This document shows, in pieces, positions 34,914-43,500 of a DNA stretch of 64,000 nt. Every line of letters begins with the position of its first letter. Within the stretch, counting starts at the first letter, position 1. A program made the translations under genes and the position numbers. Source of the stretch: an uncultured virus (IMG/VR IMGVR_UViG_3300043772_000843) (lineage: Duplodnaviria; Heunggongvirae; Uroviricota; Caudoviricetes); IMG/VR virus record IMGVR_UViG_3300043772_000843. One strand, given 5' to 3'. The notes under the pieces were generated by a model. It did no database searches, was not told where the DNA came from, and saw nothing but the letters and a program-made list of their open reading frames with translations.

Positions 34914-35579
34914 TCACGGAAGAATCGGCCTCGGCTCAGGGAGCGGGGCGATGAAGTTTACAGACATCACTGACGATGCGCCAGCGGGGTATGGTGTGGT
35001 GGCGGGCGGTGCTTCGAGCTGGATCTGGGCGAAGTCCGTGTTCACGGACATCTTCAACTCGATGTACTCACCCGCAGCAAGGTCGATGTTGAAGTTCCAC
35101 GTTATTTCACCGTAGTGTCCGTTGTCTTTGACAGTGTGGATACGTGTGGAATAGCTGATGTTGGTGCCGTTGCGTGCAATCCACACCGATACTGACTTGG
35201 CGTTACCGCTGGAACTCAACAACTGGCCGGTGTACTGGAAGTTGTAAACACCGCTGACGAGTACCTGAACCTGCGTTGTACTGGCCGTGTTTGTTACGGG
35301 GTCCCACAGACGCACCGCGTTGCTCAGATACGTCTGGTCAAACTCGATCGGCTCCGCCGTGTTGTTCGCAGGGAACGGTTGGTCTTGGGTGTTGAAGAAC
35401 AGCCCATTGGGGCAGTCGATGAACTGCCCACCGTTGCGGCCCAGCACCTTGTCGAAGACGTTCTGGATCTGGTTGAAGAACAACCGCAGCACATTGTTGT
35501 GCGAGTCCAAGTACTGGCGTGAGTAGTCCGGCGTCGGCAGGGGCAGCGCCGGGTTGGTGGGCTTGCTGAGGAAGCTCAA
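34914..35579 (-). CDS. Tail-associated structural protein
   Basis: PALP...NNVLRLFFNQI followed by a beta-rich domain (GVYNFQY). Confidence 0.7.
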   Translation of the reverse strand: MSFLSKPTNPALPLPTPDYSRQYLDSHNNVLRLFFNQIQNVFDKVLGRNGGQFIDCPNGLFFNTQDQPFPANNTAEPIEFDQTYLSNAVRLWDPVTNTASTTQVQVLVSGVYNFQYTGQLLSSSGNAKSVSVWIARNGTNISYSTRIHTVKDNGHYGEITWNFNIDLAAGEYIELKMSVNTDFAQIQLEAPPATTPYPAGASSVMSVNFIAPLPEPRPILP

Positions 35580-37570
35580 CTCTTGCGCCCGCTAGGCCGC
35601 ACGTCCATGCGCGGCGTACCCAACTGCCACTGCACACCCAGTCCGGTCGAAGCAACGCGCAGCGACATCTGCCTGCCGCGCACGCGGATGTACAGGTTGC
35701 CGTCGTACGGCGTGACTGTTCCCGAGAAGCGCTCGATGCCGTTGTCCGCATCACGCTGCACGGTTGCCTCGTTGGTCAGCGCCACCGACATGTTGGCCGC
35801 AGGGCTGACGTTGTCCACACCCCGCGTGTAACCCGAGCCCGAGTTCTGGAGCGGCAGCAGCGCCATCGTGATGGACTGATTTTCAACCGTCGCCGTCGAA
35901 CCCGTGAACGTCACGTCGGGCAGCATCCGGCGCACGAACCCGAAGTTGTGCCCGTCGTCGATGTCGAATTGGGACGAGGTGATGTAGGCCTCGATGGGCG
36001 CAGCCTCTGGTGTAGACGCGTCATCGCACCCTGTCTCGTGGTTGAGCAGGCGGCGGTTGTAGTCCGCAGCGATGGGCAGGTTGGAGAGGACGCTGGCGTC
36101 GAGCCACGCGGTGCGCCCCAAGGAGCCGTAGTACCAGATCCTCTCGGCGTAGTTGAAGACCGCGTAGCGGTCGACCACCGTGTTGGGATTGGCAGGCGTG
36201 CCCGTGCCGTCCGGGCCAGTGATGGAGCAGTAGAACCACCACACCTCGCTGAACTGCTCCACGGTAGAGGCGAAGACCTGAAGGTTCTGGTTCGCGTTGA
36301 AGTCGTCGAAGATGAACTTGCGGATGTCGCAGTTGAGCGTCTGCACCCGCCCGTCAAAGACGTAGAACTTCTCGTCGCCCATCCAGTAGGTGACGCCTGC
36401 CGCCACTGCCCATGCACGGTCGCTGACGATGGTGATGTTGTCCGCGAGGATCTGCGAGCCCCACACGATGGGCGGGCCGAGGTACTGGAGTGAGTACAGC
36501 GCGATGTCTGTCCAGATGAGGATCTCTTGCCGGGTCTGCGCCACGGCGCGGATATCGGAGCCCCGGGACAGTGTCAAGTCGCCCGCCTGCGTGGTGGCCG
36601 ACGGCGTCCAGTTGAGGTAGTCCTCCTGATCCGACCAACGGATCAGCATCGGGTTGAGGTCTGACGGACTTGTCGCGCCGATAGGCGTGGTGCCAAAACA
36701 CAGCACGATGCGCGACGCATCGGACACCATGCGGTAGTTGGCTGCGAGCGGCGCGTCTGAAGCGCCGGGGTCGTCCGCGATGTTGGTGCCGCGTGCGGTA
36801 AACCCTGCCGAAGCGTCCCAGTAGTACACCCCGCCGCCCTTGGGTCCGTAGATCAAATCCTCGCCGAAGTTGTACGCGTTCCACAGGTTGATCTGCGTAG
36901 GTACGAAAGGCGTCAAGCTGCCGCCCCAGACGCCGCTACCCCAAGTGCCGCCGCCCCAGCCCGTAAGAATACCCGGAGGTGGGTACTGAATCGGCGTGCC
37001 GATGTTGGGCTGATACTGCGCCGTGACGGAGCCGCCACCGGGAGAGCCCGGTGATTGGTCTGTAGCATTCGCCAGCACGGGCGCCCCCGTGCTCGGATCT
37101 CGTGCGTTGAACCTGTAGCTGTTGGCGTTGACGACCTCGGTTACCTGATACTCCAGCTCAAGCACAGCCTGCGTCATGTTGCCGCCAAGGCCTGTGACGT
37201 TGTCGAACTGAACGTAGTCCCCGACAAGCCGACCGTGACTGGTGTGCGCCACGGTAATGACGGCGGAGCCGTCAACCGCACTGAACGGGTTGGTCAGCGC
37301 ATAGGTGTCAATTGGCGTGATGTCGTAGTACGCGCCGTAGTAGACGTAGTACTTAACCTCGGTGCCCAGACCGAGGTAGACATCCCAAGGCCAGAGCGCC
37401 CGTGCAAAACCAAGGAACTGGTCGTTGTTGACCTGCTGCCAGCCGCCAATCTTCTCAGGTTGCCCCGAGCGGAAGCGCACCTTGTCGCACTCGTACCATC
37501 CGCCTTCACCCGTATACCGGGTGGCTTCTCTAAAAATTCCGGGTTTGAGCCGTAAGGCTTTAAGGGGCAT
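35576..37570 (-). CDS. Tail nozzle/stabilisation protein (P22 gp10-like position)
   Basis: KVRFRSGQPEKIGGW, IRWSDQED, EVWWFY, RVRGRQ, WQLG.PR.D. Confidence 0.75.
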   Translation of the reverse strand: MPLKALRLKPGIFREATRYTGEGGWYECDKVRFRSGQPEKIGGWQQVNNDQFLGFARALWPWDVYLGLGTEVKYYVYYGAYYDITPIDTYALTNPFSAVDGSAVITVAHTSHGRLVGDYVQFDNVTGLGGNMTQAVLELEYQVTEVVNANSYRFNARDPSTGAPVLANATDQSPGSPGGGSVTAQYQPNIGTPIQYPPPGILTGWGGGTWGSGVWGGSLTPFVPTQINLWNAYNFGEDLIYGPKGGGVYYWDASAGFTARGTNIADDPGASDAPLAANYRMVSDASRIVLCFGTTPIGATSPSDLNPMLIRWSDQEDYLNWTPSATTQAGDLTLSRGSDIRAVAQTRQEILIWTDIALYSLQYLGPPIVWGSQILADNITIVSDRAWAVAAGVTYWMGDEKFYVFDGRVQTLNCDIRKFIFDDFNANQNLQVFASTVEQFSEVWWFYCSITGPDGTGTPANPNTVVDRYAVFNYAERIWYYGSLGRTAWLDASVLSNLPIAADYNRRLLNHETGCDDASTPEAAPIEAYITSSQFDIDDGHNFGFVRRMLPDVTFTGSTATVENQSITMALLPLQNSGSGYTRGVDNVSPAANMSVALTNEATVQRDADNGIERFSGTVTPYDGNLYIRVRGRQMSLRVASTGLGVQWQLGTPRMDVRPSGRKS

Positions 37571-38282
37571 CGCTGGCTCCTTTTTTCTTAGCCCAATAGG
37601 CTTTTTTAGCCTCGCTAAGTTTTTTTCTTGTGTCGTCAGAGACAGTCGCTTTTGCTTCTTTGAGCTTGGCTACGGTCTCCACAGTGTGCTTTTTACCGGT
37701 ACTGGCCTGACGTAGCTTATCTTTATGCGCCTCTGTTAGCGGCCCACGCTTACTACCGAGCTGACGGGCTGTAATAGCAAGACCAAACTCTGGCGGGTTC
37801 ACCCGTTTTTTCATACCCGCCGCAATTCGTGCTTTCCACTCTTCGCTAAACGGAGCCCGTTTAACGCCTAGCTTTTTTTGGCGTATTTTGTCTTTCGTTT
37901 CTTGAGAAGCTGGAGAACGCTTGTTTGCATTCCATTCACGTATAGCAGCCCTGTGCGCTTCTGAAATAGTTTTATTTTTATGGGTACGGCTTATTTTTTT
38001 TCTGATTTCTTCGGTATATCGGATCGCGCCAGCTACGTTTAGATTGTAGCAAGAGACATTCTGCGCAAACATCGCCCGGATGATTGCGGCTTCAAAAGTA
38101 CGGCATACATCGTACGTGTTGACTGTCAAAATTTCACGTGAAAAATCACTAGGACGAGCTTCGTATGCTTTAAGCATATGCCTAGAAGAACACACATAGC
38201 CATCGTCTGTACGGCCCTTGTGCAGCCCTACATACAACTTGGCTGTTGCGCGGTCTGTCCAGCAGTAAACGAAGCTGTCCAT
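37560..38282 (-). mobile_element. Free-standing GIY-YIG-type homing endonuclease with NUMOD3 repeats
   Basis: FVYCWTD...LYVG.HKG, repeated (H/S)xEE(T)KxK(I/L)S motifs; AT-richer than flanks. Confidence 0.8.
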
Positions 38283-38314
38283 AATTAGTTTTTCAGCGGC
38301 ATGGCAGACTCAGC

Positions 38315-38479
38315 TCAGCGACGCTTGTCCCACACCGACCAGCCGATACCCGCAAGGGTAGCCACAGAGCCGACCACGGCGTTGACGGCATCGCCGTCCA
38401 GGCCCCAAGAGACGAAGAAACCGCCGCCGACAGCGGTCAGAATGTGTCGCACAAGCGACGCGACGATGGTTGCGTTCAT
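38315..38479 (-). CDS. Putative holin (Pam3 gp28-like)
   Basis: 54 aa: LVRHILTAVGG...GIGWSVWDKRR; near the lysin. Confidence 0.75.
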   Translation of the reverse strand: MNATIVASLVRHILTAVGGGFFVSWGLDGDAVNAVVGSVATLAGIGWSVWDKRR

Positions 38480-38736
38480 AGAACCTCCGGTTTACGGAAC
38501 ACACGCGCTGGCACTCTGGTGAAATCACCGTCCAGCCACGCGATTTGAACAGAGTCTCCCGTCAGAAGCCAGCACCCCGGCACACGCACCGGGCCTTGGA
38601 GAAACACCGCCCACCGGGCGCTCCCCACGCAAGGACCCGCCTCGGCGTACAACTCAACCCGCGCACCACCCTCACGATACTCGGCCACAGGGGCCGGGGC
38701 TGCGGCAAGCAGCAACGCGACGGCGAGAGCAGTCAT
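38476..38736 (-). CDS. Small secreted protein in the lysis cassette
   Basis: Signal-peptide-like N-terminus; two Cys; GCW motif. Confidence 0.6.
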   Translation of the reverse strand: MTALAVALLLAAAPAPVAEYREGGARVELYAEAGPCVGSARWAVFLQGPVRVPGCWLLTGDSVQIAWLDGDFTRVPARVFRKPEVL

Positions 38737-38743
38737 AGCGGCC

Positions 38744-39220
38744 TCACATGGTCAGGATGTCGCAGCAGCGGCGGGTCCACCCGCGACCGAAATCGTCAAA
38801 GGTGCCGAGGTTGGTCATGAAGCGCAGGCGCTGGGCCACGAGGCGGGCGCGGAGCGCGTCGGGGTTGGCTTGGTTGGCCGCAGACATGGTCTGGGGGCCG
38901 ATGACACCGTCGTCCGTCACGCCAAGGGCCCGCTGTAGCCAGCGCACCGACTGCGCAGGGCCTGAGTTCACCGCAGCGTCGAAGACGGCGTAGCGGACCG
39001 CAGGGGGCAGTTGCTCAGCACGGACAGCGTTCCAGTAGTCCTCACGGTAGATGCGCTTGGCCAGATCAAGCGGCAGCTCGCGCATGTCGCCCCGGTAGCC
39101 CACCCTGCGTGCCACAGCCTCGGTGATGCCGTAGCGGGTCTTGCCGCCCGGGTCAGCGGCGTGGTTGACGAACCCGCCCTCATGCTTGAGGAGAACGTCG
39201 AATGCTGCGTCGAAGTTCAT
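38744..39220 (-). CDS. Endolysin, glycoside hydrolase family 108
   Basis: HEGGFVNH..DPGG.T.YGIT, FDAAVNSG, DGVIGPQT, FGRGW. Confidence 0.92.
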   Translation of the reverse strand: MNFDAAFDVLLKHEGGFVNHAADPGGKTRYGITEAVARRVGYRGDMRELPLDLAKRIYREDYWNAVRAEQLPPAVRYAVFDAAVNSGPAQSVRWLQRALGVTDDGVIGPQTMSAANQANPDALRARLVAQRLRFMTNLGTFDDFGRGWTRRCCDILTM

Positions 39221-39223
39221 GGG

Positions 39224-40531
39224 TTACTCGTAGAGGATGTTGATGGAGCCCGCGTCGAAGGTGTCGCCCCCTGCGGAGATACGCAGACGGTCAAGCGTCC
39301 CTGAGAGTGCTTTTTGGCCTGCACTAAAACACATCGCGGCAAGGCCGGAGTCAACACCGTGTACACCAGACCCCACCCACAAGTTTGTCGCAGAGTTGAG
39401 CAAAGTCAAAACAAAATGGCCTGAAAGAGTGTACACAGTACCGTTGTAACGAAGCTCAAACGCGTCACCGCTATAGTTATTACCCCCAGTACCACCACCT
39501 ATGATGTTTGTCTGAGCGCCGGTATACCCTGTAGTTTCTATACCCCCAGAATCACCGATTTGGATGTCAATAAAATTGCTTCCGTTGGTGCTTACACCCG
39601 CAAACATCACGGTAATTCGCTTGACCCAGGCGGGTATTCCCGTGAAATCAATTTGTGTACCGCTAGTGCTTGCTTGAACGGTATCCAACACCAACGCACC
39701 CTTGCGCAGCGCATCGGGCGTGATCGCCCGCGTGGTGTCGGTGCCAGTCCGCACCTCGGCGTCGGTGGCGAGTTCGACAAGGCCTTCAGCCGACGTCGTC
39801 GCGGAGGCGAGCGTGCCGCTCACCCAGTTCCCCGCACCATCCGAGCGCAGCACGTTGCCCGCAGTGCCCGGAGCCGAAAGCCCAGTGCCGCCGTTGGCGG
39901 CGGGCAGAATGCCCGTCACGTCCGTCGTCAAGGCGACCTTGCCCCAAGCAGGCGCGGTACCCACACCCCCGGCACGCAACACGTTGCCCGTGGCGACACT
40001 GGCGAGCTTGGCCAGCGTCGTGGTTGTGCCCGCGTACAGCAGATCACCCACAGCGTAGCTGCTCTGCCCAGTGCCCCCAGAGGTCGCGGCAAGAGCGGTT
40101 CCAAGGGTCAGCGACGCCACGTGCGTCATCGCCTCTTCCACCCCTGCGGTGGTGACCTTGAGCATCATCGATCTGCCGTTGGGCACGCTGACGCTGGTGC
40201 CGCCAGACGTCGTTACCGTGACGGCATCTCCTGCGCTGTTCTTGATGAAGTACAGCTTGGAGCTTGTCGCACCCGGCGCAGCGGGGACGGTGAGGGTGGC
40301 AGGTCCCGACAAGGTGCCCGTGAGGACGATGAATTGATTCCGCGCATCGGATGAAGCGCCACTGGCAATCGCACTAAGCGTGTTCGGTCCTGCGGTGGTC
40401 ACCGCTACGCTGATTGCACCCGCAACAGCCTGCTCAACAAGCGCGGTCACACCGCTGTTGACCGTGGTGCCCCAGCCCGTAGCGCCCAGATCCGGCTGCG
40501 TCAGTTTGAGCAGTGCGGTGTAACTTGCCAT
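39224..40531 (-). CDS. Tail fibre protein
   Basis: WGTTVN N-terminus, GGTG repeats, GLVELATDAE..TGTD..RAITP fibre motif. Confidence 0.8.
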   Translation of the reverse strand: MASYTALLKLTQPDLGATGWGTTVNSGVTALVEQAVAGAISVAVTTAGPNTLSAIASGASSDARNQFIVLTGTLSGPATLTVPAAPGATSSKLYFIKNSAGDAVTVTTSGGTSVSVPNGRSMMLKVTTAGVEEAMTHVASLTLGTALAATSGGTGQSSYAVGDLLYAGTTTTLAKLASVATGNVLRAGGVGTAPAWGKVALTTDVTGILPAANGGTGLSAPGTAGNVLRSDGAGNWVSGTLASATTSAEGLVELATDAEVRTGTDTTRAITPDALRKGALVLDTVQASTSGTQIDFTGIPAWVKRITVMFAGVSTNGSNFIDIQIGDSGGIETTGYTGAQTNIIGGGTGGNNYSGDAFELRYNGTVYTLSGHFVLTLLNSATNLWVGSGVHGVDSGLAAMCFSAGQKALSGTLDRLRISAGGDTFDAGSINILYE

Positions 40532-40538
40532 GATGACC

Positions 40539-43500
40539 TCAAGTTTGGATCTCGACCCAGTTCGGGCCCTGCGCGTCGTTGATCTGCACCCATCCCGGGG
40601 ACTGCGCCGTTATCACATTCTGCCAGTTTGCGCTCTGGGTGTCATCTATCGGATTCCAGAGGTAGCCTCCAACGACGACGTCGGTGATCGCGCCTGTCTC
40701 GCTCAACGAGACGCTGAAGGTCGAACCGGCCACGGCAGGGGTGTCCTGCCCAATCGCTGAGGCGCTGAAGCTCGCGTTGAAGGTCGACGCAGCGACGGCA
40801 GGGGCGTCAAGCCCCGAGGCCGTGTCGGAGAAGAACACGTTGAGCGTTGCGGCAGCGGAGACTGCGTCCGCACCTGTGGCTGCGTCCGAGAACTCGACGC
40901 CGAGCGTGGCAATCGTGGAGACCGCGTCTGCCCCCGTGGCAGTGTCGGAGAAGGCTGCGCTGAAGGAGAGCCCGGCCAGCAGGCTGTCCGCGCCCGTGGC
41001 GGTGTCGGAGAAGGCTGCGCTGAACGCGGCAGTGGCGCTGAAGGCATCCACCCCTGTGGCAGTGTCGGAGAAGGCTGCACCGAAGGTCGAGGCTGCGACG
41101 GCAACGGTGTCAGCACTCGTAGCGGTATCGCTCACCGAGACATTGAAAGTCCCCGTGGAGGAGACTGCGTCGGCACCCGTGGCCGTGTCGGAGATGGCCG
41201 CGCCGAAGGTCGAGGCTGCGACGGCAACGGTGTCAGCACCCGTGGCCGTGTCGGAGAAGGAGACGTTGAACGCAGGGCCTGCGGAAACGGTGTCAGCACC
41301 CGTGGCCGTGTCGGAGAAGGACGCGTTGAAGGCGAACGAGGCGGAGACTGCGTCCGAGCCCGTGGCGGTGTCGGAGAAGGAGACGTTGAACGTCGTACCG
41401 CCCGAAGCCTCGAACAGCCAGCCCAGCGAGCCGTTGTTGGTCGAGTTGGCCCCGGCGTACCACGTGGTGTTCAGATCGTAGGCGCGGATGCCGGTGATCG
41501 TCAGGTAGTCAGGCGCGGTCACCGTGCCCGAGGTCAGCACCAGCGTCGCGGGGGAGGAAGCAGAAGTCCCCGTCAGCGTCAACACTCTACCGGCTTCACC
41601 CGTGGCAGTGAAGCTGCCCACCCGCTGTGTCGTTGTGCCGAAGTTGATGGCGGTGGCACCAGTGGCTTTGTAGGTGTTGGTGATGTTGGCGAAGGTGTTG
41701 TTGCCGCTGATGGTCAGTGTGCCTGCGCCGCCTTGGTTGAGGGTGATGCCGGAGTAGTCTTTGCCGCCGCCTGCGAAGGTCTTGGCAGATGCGGAGGTGA
41801 GGCTGATGGTGCCGGTGCCGGTGACGGTGAGATTGGTGGAGGTTGTTGCATTCCAAACCGTCCCAGAACTGCCAAGAGTCCATGTTCCTGACCCCACGGC
41901 AATAGTTCTTGTAGTTGTCACAGATGTTTCGATAGTGGCTGTCGAGACGGTAACATTATACCCGTTTGCGTCAAAAATACCGCTATTAACTGCGATGCCT
42001 CTTACACCGACAAAAGCGTCTTGTAGTGTAACTGACCCGCCAATACTGATGACACTACACGCAAACGCATACGCAACGCCTGCGCTAGTTATTGTTTGGT
42101 TACCGCGACCGCGGAAAAAAATAGTACCAACACCGGAGAGCGTTGTCCCTGTTCCGTTAAGCCAGTTGCCGTATAAATCAGGAACTAACGAACAGGCTAG
42201 CGTCATCGTATTCGTCGTCCTAGCCGACATGTCGATGGTGCCGATGTTGTAGCTCTGGTTGATGGTGATGGTGGCGCCGCTGTTCAACCCCGTAGCTTCA
42301 AAGAAGCAGGTGTCTTGGGCAAGCGGGAAGTCGTTGATGTTTGGCGTGCCGCCGCTGCCTGTAGCCCATCCAATAGCACCGCCCCAGTTGCCGCCAGCAG
42401 CAAGGTTCCAATACTTGTTCGCCGCAGCCGTGAACGTAATGCCGCTGTTGCCTTTGCAATCTCCGATGCGCGTGCCTGTTGCTGGCGCTGCTACACCGGC
42501 TATGGTGATGTCTCTGAAGTCAACGTCAGTGAGGGAAACGGCAGCGCAGGTGAGCGTGCGTGCGGTGCCGATGGTGTCAGAGCGAACGAAGTGACGCATC
42601 GTGGCGTTGGTGCCTGCTGAGCAGGTGAAGGTACCTGTGATGGTCTGGTTGGCTGTGACGCTGATGATCTTTAGACCAGCAGAGGTGATGCCGGTGAAGG
42701 ATAGGTTGTTGAAGGTGTTGGCTCCGTTGATGGTGACGGTGCCTGCGGATGTGCTGGTGAAGGCGACGTTGTAGAAGGTTTTGCCGTTGCCTGAGAAGGT
42801 GGGGGAAGAAGCAGAGCAGTTAATTTGTGCTGTGCCCGCTGTGACGGTCAGGTTTGCGGCGTTTGTTTCTGTTGTACCAAAGGTAAGTGGCGTGCTGCCG
42901 AGTATTGTGATTGTGCCTGAGCCAAAATCAATGGTTCTAGAATTTCCGTTGTCGCTAGAAACATTAGCCGTCAGATTGTAGGTGTCGCAGTCAAATAACC
43001 CGTTGGTTACAATAAAGGAGTTATTGCCTGTATTTAACTCACTACCCAACGCCCATTCACACCCAACACCATTAACAATAATTCCTGATGCCAACGTCAC
43101 GCCATTGGTGGTTATAGTTTTCCCTGACGTAGACCCAGATAAATATAAGGCACCTGTAAACGTCCGCGTCAAACCTGTAGCCGGTAGCGTCACATCGTCG
43201 TGAATGATGAGCGAAAATGAGCCTGCCAGCGTCACGTTGCCCGAGGTGGGGCCAGCAATGGTCAGCTTGTTGCAGCGGATGTTGGCGTTTACCGTTGAGG
43301 TGTAGGCTGTGGCGTTGGAGGCAGCATCAAACACCACATCGTCCAAGCTGGTCGGGATGGCCGCTCCACCACCGCCGCCCGAAGACGTATCCCACCGAGC
43401 CGTGTCACTCCAGTTCCCCGTGCCGCCCACCCAGTAGAGCGTGCGTGCAGCAGGGGGCGCTGTGCGGTAGACAGGCGCTGCAGCCGTGCCTGTGCTATTA

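Noticed and set aside
40690..41395. CRISPR array or DGR template in the 60/63-bp repeats
   Set aside because: These are in-frame protein repeats, there is no reverse transcriptase, and I saw no adenine-specific TR/VR pair.
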